A DNA stretch of 64,000 bases. It comes from Paragordius varius. Its lineage: Eukaryota; Animalia; Nematomorpha. The notes below the pieces were generated by a model. The model did no database searches. It saw only the letters and a program-made list of their open reading frames with translations, and was not told where the DNA came from. How positions within the stretch are numbered: the first letter of the stretch is position 1; every line of letters starts with the position of its first letter. This document shows, piece by piece, positions 12,598 to 24,779 of this stretch. The DNA is taken from assembly GCA_964247055.1 (NCBI GenBank), contig OZ176052.1, positions 496,001 to 560,000 of the forward strand, written 5' to 3'. The translations under genes were made by a program, and so were the position numbers.

Positions 12598-15049
12598 TTG
12601 TTACAATAAAATATAGAAATTAAAAATAAATGTAGTGTTTTAACGAATATGTTATTTTTGTTTTAAAATTTTTAAATAATTTCAATAAAAGGCAACTCCA
12701 AAAAATAACATTATGGAGAGTATGTGATCAAAAATATTATGTCTAAATGACAAACATATTTAAAGGTATTGGTATAAAATAAAAAAATGAAAATGCATTC
12801 AATGTATGGATTAACTCATCATGATGGTATCATAAATCATTGTTTGCGCATTTTATAATTATTTACACATTTTTGCTTATCATGAATTTAGTATTATACG
12901 TTTCATTGGATATGTAATTAGAATCTGTGAAAAATGATATGCTAATCACTCCTACACTAAGGCGTGTAAAATGGTAAAAGGCGGTAAAGGTCGTCCTATG
13001 TGGACGTTATATTGGGAAAAAACCTTTTAAATTTTTTACTGAAATTTTTATAAATGCAAATTTTTGCAGATATATTTTATGTTATCATGTTTTAATTTTT
13101 TATTAACTGTAAATAGTGTTATTAAATTTGATTATTATATCAAAAGAGAATTAAAAAATACCGTACACAAGGTGCGCTTTGGAAAGGACATTGTTTATTT
13201 TTGCATCAGAGGTTTGTTATTGATTGAGCTGTTGATTATTGGTTCTAATTAATTAAAACGTTAACAATAAAAAACAATAATAATTTTACCCATATACGAT
13301 AACCTAAATAAAATTTATAAAAATAAACTTAACTTTTATTATGAATGGATTCATATCCGAGTTACAGTAAAACTTCATCATCTTTATATTGCACTCTTTA
13401 CAAAATGATACCCATATTCCTAAAGTATAGATAAAAAAAGTATATGGCTTTGGTGCGCACTTATCATATTCATAATGCAGACGATCTTGAGCGAATCGCC
13501 TGATTTCAAAAAATCCATGCGGTTTTGTCGTTTTCAGCTGACAACATCGATAGATACCACGAGGTAAAATACAAGATTTAAAAAGTTGGGTATTTAAATA
13601 GTGAAAGAAATGTGCGTTAATAAGATGGTTTTGTGTTTGTTAAATAAATTTTTAATTAAAAAACGGAAATAAAAGGAGGAAGAGTTGTAAAAAAACAAAA
13701 AAATGAGTGAGAGAAACAGCAATCAATTTTAAAAAAATTAATTTTTAAAAAATAGTTCATATCGAACTTCTCAACGCAATTTCTGTTACATTATTTGGTT
13801 CTATGGCTAAAATTAAAGTTTTATTAAAATCTATCTACATTGTAACCAGAAAAAGTGTTTTGTTTTGCAACATTCCGGTTTATTTATAAAATAATTATCA
13901 AGTATATTAATAAATTTTGATTTCTCGTATGTAAGTATTCCTCTTTTTTAATATTAAATTTTGACAGTGGGGTTACTATCGACCCCAAAATTGAAGGATT
14001 AAAATGAATGTGTTATATCCAAGTGTTATATATAAAAATATATGTGATTTTTGTGTTACTATATGCATTTATATTCTAAGTCCAATTTTCCATGCTCTTA
14101 CCATTATAACTAGTGCAAACATTTCATCACCTTTTTATTGTTTCAACGCATTTCGTGGAATTTTTATAACCCAGAGCTTAAACTTAAAAAAATTACTGAT
14201 ATGAAAGTTGTTCAAGTTTATTGATTTATCAAACATTATGTTACGTATGGAAAAATCTTGTATTTTTTTAGTTTTTGTCTTCTAAATTCGTTTGGACAGC
14301 TTCAAAACACGGTTATAAACGTCTATATTTAAATTAAAAATAAAAAAATTTATTATGTTGAATTGGGTTAAAATATAACTAAGTTGTGTCTCTACGGGTA
14401 TATTTATATATTTTTAAATGGATGATTGTCAATTAATTAAAGTAGAATGTTATTTGCATTATACTTTTAATCCATTCGCCGCACTAAGACTTCTAATTGC
14501 AAAGATAAACTAAGAAAATAATCCTCATAACATGTTTTATATTTTATAATTTTAAATAACAAAATATAGGACTAGAAATTTATAAGCTTTTCTTTTTGTT
14601 GTCAATTATCTCAGTTATTTATTTTTTAACTATTTTCACTTTTTAAGGTGATAACTGGAAAGAATTAAGGGGTTTATTAATTATCAACTTGTAATAAAAC
14701 CGCTTATTGAGATAGTAAAAAAAATGCATTTTTGCGCTTTTTCTTTCTTTTAATCAATAATTATCTTTATTCTTTGCAAGATTAACAATCAGGCAATCAT
14801 TACTTACATATCTGTAAATAAAAAAGGTAATAAATTTTAGGCCCCCACTCAAAATAGAAAGGGGGATTAAATTTACTATAAATTATATAAAAGGGCCCCT
14901 GTTTTGCCTTGGGCCTCTCCGCACTGCTCCTCCTAGCTCCCCGTAATTTCAATTTTATGTATTGTTTGCGGCTTCAAGATCTTGTGAGATAGAAATATTT
15001 TCTTTTGATATAAATGCATTCCATTTTTTGTTTCGAATGTTAGCGTGAT

Positions 15050-15830
15050 TTCTGAGGACACTGTTGTCTTGACCATATATGACAATAGACCCTGCGTTCT
15101 AAGGCTTTTCTGATCTCCATCCTTTCTCTATAATTTTTTATAAGAACCTTCAGCCTTGGAACAAATTGACGAGTCTGTTTTATTTCGTTATCTATGAACT
15201 CGAATTTGGCCATGATATTGGGCCATTGGGGTGTCTTTAGAGAAAGACTTCTGATGGTGTATGCCTAATTGCACTGTGTAGTTTTGATTCGATATCCTTA
15301 TAAATTGTTTCTATTGCTTTGTGTCTATGCATGTTTTCAGTTTTTATAAATTTAGGTTGCAGTAAATCTTAAAACTAATCCATTAACTTTAGACTCACTA
15401 AAATATGTTTATTAATATTATGTAACGTATTTCTGAATTTATGGATGTTAAATACGTCCCGTTATCAGTCACCGTTTATCTCAAGACCTAAATCTTTCCA
15501 TATTTTTTTAAGCAATTCAATATTTTGTGATGTTATTGATTTTAGTAATTCCACTTCAACCTATCTGATAGCACTATCAATCGCGATTAACCAAAAATAC
15601 CCCTCTATGGGCCCGGCTATGTCAAGATCAATCATCTCCCACAACGTGGTGTTGGGTCTCATTCTCACGTATAGGATTTACTTCATATTAGGTTTGTTCT
15701 TTTTACACGGTTCACATTATTCTTCAAAATTTTCTTGTTTGTAAACATGGCCAATATAAGGAATATCTCGCTTATTGTTCATCATTTGCAATCCGTCATG
15801 CCCAGTATGTTAGATACGTCCCGCTGTATG
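15050..15830 (-). pseudogene. Gypsy-type LTR retrotransposon integrase remnant
   Basis: The minus-strand translation with stops and frameshifts gives HHCC-like TGHDG...CEPCKKNK, WEMIDLDIAGPIEGYFWLIAIDSA, and later HTPSEVFL*RHP. Confidence 0.75.
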
Positions 15831-15976
15831 TCGGTATAAGTATTCTATCATTCCCAAATAAAAGATTATAGTATATTAAGTTTTAATATTTATTTTGTAT
15901 TTCTAAATTTTATTTAAAACGTTTGTTCAACAAAATTTTGGTGCATTTTAAACACAATTAATATTTAACATGAATA

Positions 15977-16560
15977 TATACCATTTACACTTCAAGAGTG
16001 TCCTTGAACACTTCAAGTTGGTCCTTGAACAATTCAAGTTGGTCCTTACAATTCAAGTTGGTCCTTGAACATTTCAAGTTGGTCCTTAAACACTTAAAGT
16101 TCCTTAAAAATTATAAATTTTGATTTAAGCAAAATTTTTGCATTTATTTTTTTATTTTATTATTTATTGAACTAATTTTCTTTTTTTATATATTTATTCA
16201 TTCAAAAAATTTAATTAAAAAACCACTATTTTGTTTCAAACTATTTTTTTCAATTGAACAAAATTATTGAGTTTTAAATGTTTTTAAGGAATAATTTTAA
16301 TTAATAACCCAGAAAACTTATATATTTTTTCATATCGTGTTTAAATCTTTTACATATCCCAAATTATTTTAAAAAATTATTAAAAATATACGGTTTCTCA
16401 AAAATTAAAAGTTATCGATTTAAAATTAATGTTAAATAATAGAAAATAGGTTAAAAAACAATAAAATAGATGAATTATTTACGATTTGATTGATAAAGGT
16501 TAAAAACAAAAAAGTCAAAGGACCAACTTGAACTTTCTACCATTTTAACCACCAAATTTC
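15977..16560. mobile_element. MITE family M2 (TA-TACCATTT termini, ~21-bp subterminal repeats), right end eroded
   Basis: tataccatttacacttcaagagtgtccttgaacacttcaagttggtcc repeated; the inverted unit ggaccaacttgaac lies near 16520. Homologous to 48459-49024. Confidence 0.75.
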
Positions 16561-16589
16561 AGAAAACAGTTGACTTCGCTCTGTCTCGT

Positions 16590-17871
16590 ATATTTCAAAA
16601 TTTTCATCAAATAATTAGAAATTATTAATGTCTCCAATATTTCAGCTAATTTCGTACGGCATCGTGCGTCTCGGTCTCCTCTATAGGACTACTCCAATTA
16701 GCACTTTTTTATAAAAGGGTAACAACCTTAACATTAACCCATCCTCCTGCCGCCTTGTTCGAACTATTTAGTCTAAAAAAATTCTTCGTTTTTACATAGC
16801 CTTATCGCGCGTCAATCCCAAGCTCGCATCGAGGCGGCTTCCCTGCCCTAGACCAGTTCCTCTTTCAAAACATCCGGGGTAGGATTCAAAATTGAAGATT
16901 CATTGAATCAACTCAAATCTACACCCTACAAACACTCGTCCAGGTTCCCGCATCATCGCAATAGTGATGCTAGCGGCACCCACTTTACCACATATCTTTA
17001 ATCAGTGCTAAGATTTCTTACGAATAAATAGCTCACTATTACATCGTCTTTATGATTACTTTAAACATTTTTATGTTGCGTTGAAGTTTTGTCCGACTAC
17101 TCTTATCCGGCTACCCTTCCTCTTTATTATATTTAATAATAAATATCACGGTATTCATTTTCTAATTAACGTGACCTACCTTGATGAACGCAGGGGGGCT
17201 TTGGTCTCAACCTGTATCAATAAGGTGGACAAATACACCCTTGCTAATACCCTTATTGTCTCAAAACTCAACCGATGTCAAGATACTTCCGCTGATCTAC
17301 GGAAGTTTATGATAACGGTATTCCAAAAACGACCAACATCCGAAATATTTAACACCTTGTTACTTGATTTTCGGTTCAGAAGCCTGATGATTAGTTCAAC
17401 AATATGGCTCCTATAACAGCTCTGGTCCTAGTAAAATGGTAGCTATCAAAACCGTTTTTACAAGCGCCATGGCTAATTAAGTTCATTAGCCACAGCTTAA
17501 ACATCAACACAGCCAATCATTGCTCATCACCTCCAATCAGCAACACAGATGCTACTTGAACATAGCTCTGTTAGGGTGAAGCTTTGAACGAAACATTTAA
17601 CAAATCAAAACAAATATGCTGCAATCAGACCAACAACAGGATCAACCAATTCCCTTGGAGGAATTTTTCAACCCTGCTCGGGGTTTTTCATTCATATTTT
17701 TTTCCATGAGTGTTATTTTACATAAAACATTTTTACAAAATTTATTATAAAATAATCATAAATTCATGTTTCCATCCCATAATCCAGCATTCACCAATCA
17801 ACCTATGTAAAAAAATATTATATTTAACCTAACTGACCTTTTTTTAATGTATACATTGTAAATTAAATATA
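16590..17871 (+). mobile_element. Utopia-like element remnant, subfamily B, heavily decayed
   Basis: DNA homology to 10100-11234 and 8000-9000 (cagccttatcgcg.gtc.atcccaag, agaagcctgatgat.agtt, caacaggatcaacc). Followed by a U2 remnant. Confidence 0.8.
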
Positions 17872-17960
17872 TATGTTTTATCACTTATAGCTGATACGGC
17901 CATTAAAGAAATCCATAATAATAAATAAATTTATTTTTGGAGATTTCGGGGAGGCGCTCA
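17872..17960 (+). pseudogene. U2: Degenerate U2 snRNA 3' portion, truncated by a MITE
   Basis: tatgttttatcacttatagctgatacggcc...atttatttttggagatttcggggaggcgctc. Confidence 0.8.
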
Positions 17961-17974
17961 CTTTGATCACTATA

Positions 17975-18680
17975 TATATACCATTTAAATTTCAAATTCA
18001 CTCTTAAAATAAATTATAAAGTTTCGGCCAACTACAAGAGTGTCCTTGAACATTTTAAGTTGCTTGAACAATTCAAGTTGCTCCTTTAACTTTTTTGTTT
18101 TGTTTAATTTTTATCAATCAAATAGTAAATAATTCATCTATTTTATTGTTATTAACCTATTTTCTATTCTTTACATAAATTAAATCGATATCAATTGTTA
18201 ATATTTAACAAACCGTATATAATTATTAATTTTTTAAAATAATTCCGGATATTTATAAGATTTTAAAAAAATATACAAGTTTTCCGGGTTATTTATTGAA
18301 ATTTTCACTAAAAACATTTAAAAGTCAATAATTTTGTTTAATTGAAAAAAAAATAATTTAATGGTTTATCAATAAAAAAATTTTAAATATATAATAAAGA
18401 AAATTAGGGTAATAAATAATAAAATTAATGCAAAAATTATGGTTAAATCAAAATTAAATTTTAAGGACCAACTTGAAGTGTTCAAGGACCAACTTGAACT
18501 GCTCAAGGAACAACTTGTAGTGTTCAAGGACACTCTTGAAGTACAAACGGTATATCTTTGTGGCATAGTTTTTTATTTTTTCAGTAATAATTTAATTTAA
18601 AACATTTCATTTAAAATACAGTTGAATTGTTTGAGGGTGATTTGTTCAAGGGCAAATTTAAATCGTAAGTGGTATAAATA
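17975..18680. mobile_element. Nested MITEs of families M3 and M2
   Basis: M3-type ends at ~17975 (tataccatttaaatttcaaattcactc) and ~18630-18675 (gagggtgatttgttcaagggc...gtggtata) enclose an M2 copy at ~18030-18553 with inverted 21-bp subrepeats. Confidence 0.65.
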
Positions 18681-18719
18681 TTGGATTGAAGAGATGAAGC
18701 TTTAATTTAAGATGCGCAA

Positions 18720-18758
18720 AATAGAGGTCGTATTAAATGTAAAAACTGAGGGGAATAA
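18720..18758 (-). pseudogene. U2: Short U2 remnant (stem IIa/IIb region)
   Basis: Reverse complement tttattccctcagtttttacatttaatacgacctctat resembles U2 nt 40-78 and lies directly after an A-type Utopia 3' UTR (18759-18900). Confidence 0.6.
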
Positions 18759-21180
18759 ATTATATTTTTACAAATGTGTTTAGGTGTTGCCATAATATAT
18801 TATATAAATGGAAGAATAAGAAAAAGGAACTAATACAAATCCTATATTGTTTAATACTATTAAGATAATAAATTAATTATATTTATGAAATGTTTGAATG
18901 TACAGTAAAAATTGAAATTATACGGACAAAACGTAAAAATATAAAGACAAAATTTTTATTTCAAAAGACAGCCATATCGTTATAATTCTTAATTTATCCT
19001 AAAAATCATTAAACACAATTGTAAGATACATAATTGATTATGTTACTAATACACACATATATTTCATATTTTAAATTTTAAAACAACGAGTTATATTTAA
19101 AAAGTATGGTCTTTTGGAAAAAAATATCTGTCTTTATATTCTTACGTTTTGTCCGTATAATTTCATTTTTTACTGTAATGTGTATTGGTTTAGTTTTTAA
19201 ATATAATTTTTTATGAATGTGTTCTATACTTCTGAGATATAAAAGATGGTGCTGCTTCCTATTTGTTTGCATAAGCCATTCTTTATATGTCATCATCAAT
19301 ATTTTTTTTGTGCTTGTATTAGGGGTAGAATACTGTTGGTATTTATCATTTTTTTATTATAGTGAATAATTTCAAAAGGACAATGCATCTATTTCAAAGC
19401 AATTACCTTTAATATTAATTATATAAGGGTTGTTGTGTTGAAAAGGTGTGTTTTCATAAACTAATTTGGTGTTTTATAAATACAGGCATGCGTTATGCCT
19501 TTTTGTCCAGTGTGGTATTGAAGGCAATGGTTAAGCTGATGTGGAGTTTCATTTGCCTTGCCATTTTATTACCATGAGTTTTCATGTTTGGGCCACTATT
19601 CACAGGTAACAGTTTTCGGCGATTTTTGTGGATAAATCAGCCAGCCGGTTTTGACATGTATTTCCCGTCTGGATATGTTAATATATTGGTAATTTTTATA
19701 TTGAAACGTACATAATTTATTTTAGGGTGAGTTTGATATTCAAGAATGAATTCGTATTGTTCAAATAAGAAATTGAATTATTCACGGGTGAATTAGAGGT
19801 GTAAATGGTAAATCACTGAAAGAAAAAAGAAGTTGAAAAGGAAGGGCATTTATTGACTATGTAATACCATACTACTACGTTATATTCTTTCCCTTCATTA
19901 GTAAATAGTAAAAATAATTATTATTTGATGCGCATGGTAATGCTTACTCGTGCACCATGGCCCTTCGTTTCTTTTTTATTTTCAGTAATATTTATTTTTT
20001 ACTCCTAATATTAATTTCTTTACTACAAATATTCTTTTATTTAATCCACTGTAATCCACCAGAATTGGTTTCACTATAGAAATAAGCGTTAGTTTCACCT
20101 TGCGGGAAAAATGTAAGGGACTTGAGATTTGTGCGAAGATGAGTCAATCAAAGATATATCTGATTATAGAAAGATTTCCAAACAAAGCTTTTGATGATTA
20201 GTCAGTAAACAGCTGTCGCATTTTTGCCAAGGAGTCATGAAAGAGAGGATACAATTTACCGATAAAAAAGCTAATTTGTATGGAACAATCAATCCAACAA
20301 GTTAACCCAAAAATAACGGGACTCATCGAGCAGGCATGGGGTTAGGTGATCGTTGCTAGAAAATTCAAATGGTCGTAAGCAGTTGGAGGCGGTTCATATT
20401 ATTTTAAAACCGATCGAATTAAGAGAGATTGAGTGAGTCTGACTGACTCCGGCTTCATGGCGTCAGGGCTATCTGCGATGATGGTAAGGTCGTCTGCGAA
20501 GGCCAAGCATGAGGTAAGGGGTTGATTGTTAAGGGCTACGACAATGGGATTAATGCAAAGGTTAAAAATTAGACCTGAAAGTGGGCACACCCTTGCTTAA
20601 TTCCTTTAAGATAGTGGATCGGGGGTCGGTAAGATTATCATCAATTAAAAGGGTTGATGAATTAAGTAAAATAAAGGTTAGAAGGCATTCAACCGGTGGG
20701 GGCAGACCGAGGGACCTTAAAAGTTGTGAACAGACAGGGTGGGGAATGGGTCGAAAACGGCGGAGATGTCTAATCATAAGAAAATGGATTGATGGTTCGC
20801 AGTTCGGGCTTTCGACAGGCGATTGGAATTGTAAAAATTAATGTTCAACACGCCATCAAAAGAGGAAAAAGCCTTTTTGTTGGAGGGCGATCAGGTTATG
20901 GAGGGACACATGGTGGCTAATGTGTTTATGAAGGATTTTTGTGAAGACGCGGTAAATAATGTTGGTGATAGCGATGGGGCGAAAGTTGGCCGGGTCAGAG
21001 GTGTTGCCTTCTTTATGAAAATTCGTGGAAATTCATGTATATATGAAGTCAAAAAAAATAATTTGGATGGATATCCCGCTACAAGCGTATTCAATCTATT
21101 CTAAGAAACAAACTTAAAAAATGGTTTGGAAATTTTATTTGAAAACAAATTTGTGGATTTTTTTCCTATAAGCCTGACGT
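18759..21180 (-). mobile_element. Utopia-like element, decayed, A-like 3' UTR, interrupted by a MITE at 18901-19177
   Basis: RT motifs [43 protein letters not shown]; CCHC remnant ETPHQLNHC at ~19500-19560; endonuclease C-terminal remnant at ~19200-19330. Confidence 0.82.
18901..19177. mobile_element. MITE family M1 (TA-CAGTAAAAATTGAAATTATACGGACAAAACG termini), Tc1/mariner-like
   Basis: Near-perfect ~50-bp terminal inverted repeats flanked by TA. Many further copies, for example 38763-39006, 45419-45724, 52072-52449, 53380-53679, 54690-54982, 55620-55922 and 57925-58211. Confidence 0.85.
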
Positions 21181-21239
21181 GGTGTTGAGATCTTTGAATG
21201 CCTTAGACATAATCGATGCCAATATTTTTGACAAAAAAT

Positions 21240-22090
21240 TAACAGGCCTTATTATTATCAAAAAGAAATTAAGAATGCCGCCTCTCAAGCCTTATTTTCA
21301 TCCTTTGTATCAACCAAATCATAGCTACATTAAATATCAAACCCCTGACTTCGGGCGCAGATGACCTTACCAAAATTTTTAAAACATCTCTGCCTGATAT
21401 TCCAGACTTGCAATCCTTTTCCATTTTAATCCATAAAAAAGGCGACACCTCCGACCCCTCCAATTTTCGCCCCATCGCAATTTCTAACATAATCTATCGA
21501 ATCTTTGCTAAAATCATCCATAAATTCCTCAGCCACCATGTAGCCCTCCACAATCTGATCGCCCCTCAACAAAAAGGGTTTTCCCCCTTCGACGGCGTGT
21601 TGGAACATAATTATTACATTTCCAACCGCTTGTCGAAGGCCCGAACAGCGAACCACCAGACCATCTTTCTATGGCTGGACGTTTCCGTCGCCTTCGACTC
21701 CATTCCCCTGCCTGTCTGCACCAAACTTTTAACGTCCCTTGGCCTGCCCCCACCCCTTGAAAGCCTTTTAAATTTTATTTTACTTAACTCTTCTACTCAA
21801 TTTTTAATCACCTTACCTACCCCCCATCCCCTATCTTAAAGGAATCAAGCAGGGGTGCCCTCTTTCCGGCCTAATCTTTAACCTCTGTATTAACCCCATT
21901 ATCGTAGCCCTAAACAATCGACCCCTCACCTCATGCTTGGCCTTCGCGGACGACCTTACTATCATCAGAGATAGCCCCGACTCTATGAAGTTATCTTCAA
22001 TTGATATAAAAATAATCCTAATTATAAATCGCACTCCAATGACTTAGGACCCATTCAATTATGTATCGACAACCATTCAATCCTTGATGG
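21240..22090 (+). mobile_element. Utopia-like RT remnant, inverted homologue of ~20400-21100, 3' part lost
   Basis: ORF 21408-21839 IHKKGDTSDPSNFRPIAISNIIYRIF...QQKGFSPFDGVLEHN...WLDVSVAFDSIP, then [17 protein letters not shown] and AFADDLTII. Confidence 0.88.
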
Positions 22091-22709
22091 TGAGCCCCAT
22101 AATTTGGCAAACCTGTCAGGTTACTGATTGCTAGATATAAACTCTCAAACTTTATTTTTTTATATCGATTTAATAACTCAGCCTATATCATAATTTAAAC
22201 AAAAAAGTGCTAGCATATACAATTATCAAAAATAAAACGGTTCAGAAATATTATAGTCCTGGTTCTAAAATATTTGTTCAAAACCACAATATTTATTAAC
22301 CAAAAGTTACAAATACTTGCCAAGTGTATAATAGAGACCAAGTTGAAAAATAAATTTATAAATAAAATTACACCATTGAAAAGTTACAAAAATAAAATAT
22401 ACTTATGTGTATTGTTCACAAAGATAAACAACTTGGCTTTCAAAATCAGAGTTCATTATCTTAATGCATTCATAGCGACCTGTAAGAGTAACAACTCAAC
22501 ATTTTGAATGATTCTCAAAATAATCTAGGTGATAAGATGATTTCCCATTCCATGAAAGATTTTGATTGTGTTGGGACAAAATTTAACTAAAAGATTCAAT
22601 TACACTCTTCGTTCATGTACATAACTAAAATATAACATAAAAATTTACCGGATGTTAAAATATTTTAAAATTTAAAACATGCGCGTTATAACCATATGTT
22701 CCAGATTTT

Positions 22710-23272
22710 TTAACACTTGGATACAACACACTCATTTTAGTCCTTCGATTCAAATTGGGGTAGTTGGATACCCCAGGCCTGTTTAAAATGAAATACTTCA
22801 AAAAGTATGGAAGGAATCGAAACCATGGCAAAATTTTGCACTTATATAACATTGATAAACCGAAATATATAAAAAAATTATTCAAACATACTTAATATCA
22901 CTTATTTTAAGCCAAAACCGAAATAAAAATTAAGGCAACGTGACATGTGTGCAATGATAAATTGAAAGATAATACAAAATAAACCGCTTTTTCTATTTCT
23001 ATCAATGTTAGATTAGTGTATTAGCTTTAATTTTACCCTCAAAATTTCTATCAATGTTAGATGTAGTGTATTAGCTTTAGTTTTACCCTTGAAATTAAAT
23101 GATGACTTTTCAAAACAAATTTTATATAGATATTTTGGCATATTTATACAATTTTTATTATGATAAAAGCATAAATTTAAATTGAGACCGTTTCCTTTAG
23201 TAGTTTTTAAGAAATCCTAACTGAAATTTAGTCTGGGGTATGTAGATATCCCGATTTGAATCGAAGTGTTAA
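22710..23272. mobile_element. piggyBac-like MITE family P1, second full copy
   Basis: TTAA-cacttggatac...gaatcgaagtg-TTAA; colinear with 1245-1803. Confidence 0.82.
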
Positions 23273-23399
23273 TAGAAGTGGTAAATTAAAAATGACAGCT
23301 CTGTGTGAAAAAAAGGGATCAATAAAATGATCCATATATGTGGATTATTTCGAAATATTATTTACTGGTGTAAAGGCCCCAAATTGACGGCTAACGGAA

Positions 23400-24720
23400 A
23401 CCGCTATGCCATAATTTTTACCTTTTTATAAGTAGTATTAAAGTCTTTATTGAAATCGTATGGCTTATTAAGTTTTTTGAAAATTAGCTCCAAAGCCATG
23501 CCATTGTGTGGTGTCTTAGTTTTAACTGGTATACCCTTACCAGGCCTATATGGAAAAAGTGCTAAGTTAAATTTTTTGCCTTTATAGGGAAAAGATTTGG
23601 AATAATCTTTGATATCGTCTCATGGGTTATTCGAAAAAATACCTCATCATTAAATAATCGTTATATTATGGCGTATTTTTAAAGATTAAGGCCCCAAATG
23701 GGTAATAAAAAAGGCTCTAATTTTTACCTAGTTACGGGTAATATTTTGAACTATAAATAATCTCATATGGCATATTTATATTAGTTCCAAAATAAAGCAA
23801 TTTCCATATAGTGGTACAGTTTTTGGCGGGTAGCTACTTACCCAAAGGCAGGCATAAAAAAGCGTCGGGCAATTTTGTCTTTATATGGGGAGTATCTGGA
23901 ATTTGATTGTAAGTTTTTGGAAATATTGATTCGAAACCAAAAGTTCTATGGCGGCGATTTTCGAGGTAAAACTTTTCTTAGCGACCCATTGAAATTACCC
24001 CCTTTACTAAAATATTTGTTTTTTAAACGATAATAAATATTTTAGGCCCTTATTGAACTCGCATAGTCTCATAGGTTTTCTGAAATTTGGCTCCAAAGGC
24101 ATGCTGTACCGATATAGTCACGCATTTTTAAGCGGGTTCCCCCCTTCCTCAAGCCTATTTAACCGCTAATTTAACACCGCTCGACTTAAATTTTTGCCTT
24201 TTTGCGGGTAATATTTCAAGGCCTTATAAAACTTATATGACCTGATTTCTGAAAATTAACTCGTAAACAACGAATTTGATATGGTGGCGAGGTTGTGGGC
24301 GGGTAGCTCCCTACCCAGAGGCTTATACAAAAAAAGCGCTTGATTATGCCTTTTTACGGAGAATACCTGGAATCATGATGATTCCATATGCTCTCATTAG
24401 TTTTCGAAAATATTGCCTTAAAAAATTATTCTATGGTGGAGAATTCAGGGCGTGATGGGCCTAGGGCTAATTTTAAAAAAACCCACGATCTATATTTTTG
24501 ACTTTTTACGGGTACTTTAAGCAGGTATTGAACTCATATGGCGATAGGTTTTCTGAAATTTAGCCCCAAAACCACGCTATTTCGATATAACGGGTAAGTT
24601 TTTCGCGGGTAACTCCTTACCCAGCAGCTTTCATCAAAGAAGCGCTTGACTAAAATTTTTGCCTTTTGACAGGAAATATGTGAAATCCTTATTGATTTTT
24701 ACGGTCTCATACCTTGGGCG
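23400..24720 (+). repeat. Degenerate tandem array of ~140-170-bp units, richer in GC than its surroundings
   Basis: Recurring motifs tttttgcctttttacggg..aata, ctcataggttttctgaaattt.gctccaaa, gcgggtagctcc.tacccaa and aaaaagcgcttga. Confidence 0.65.
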
Positions 24721-24779
24721 AAAAATAGATTCAAAAAATTACAACATTATTGATCAAATAAAAATTATAATTTTAATGC

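Noticed and set aside
16000-16100. ~21-bp direct repeats (TTGAACACTTCAAGTTGGTCC), superficially CRISPR-like
   Set aside because: There are no unique spacers, the context is eukaryotic, and they are subterminal repeats of MITE family M2 mirrored at the other end.
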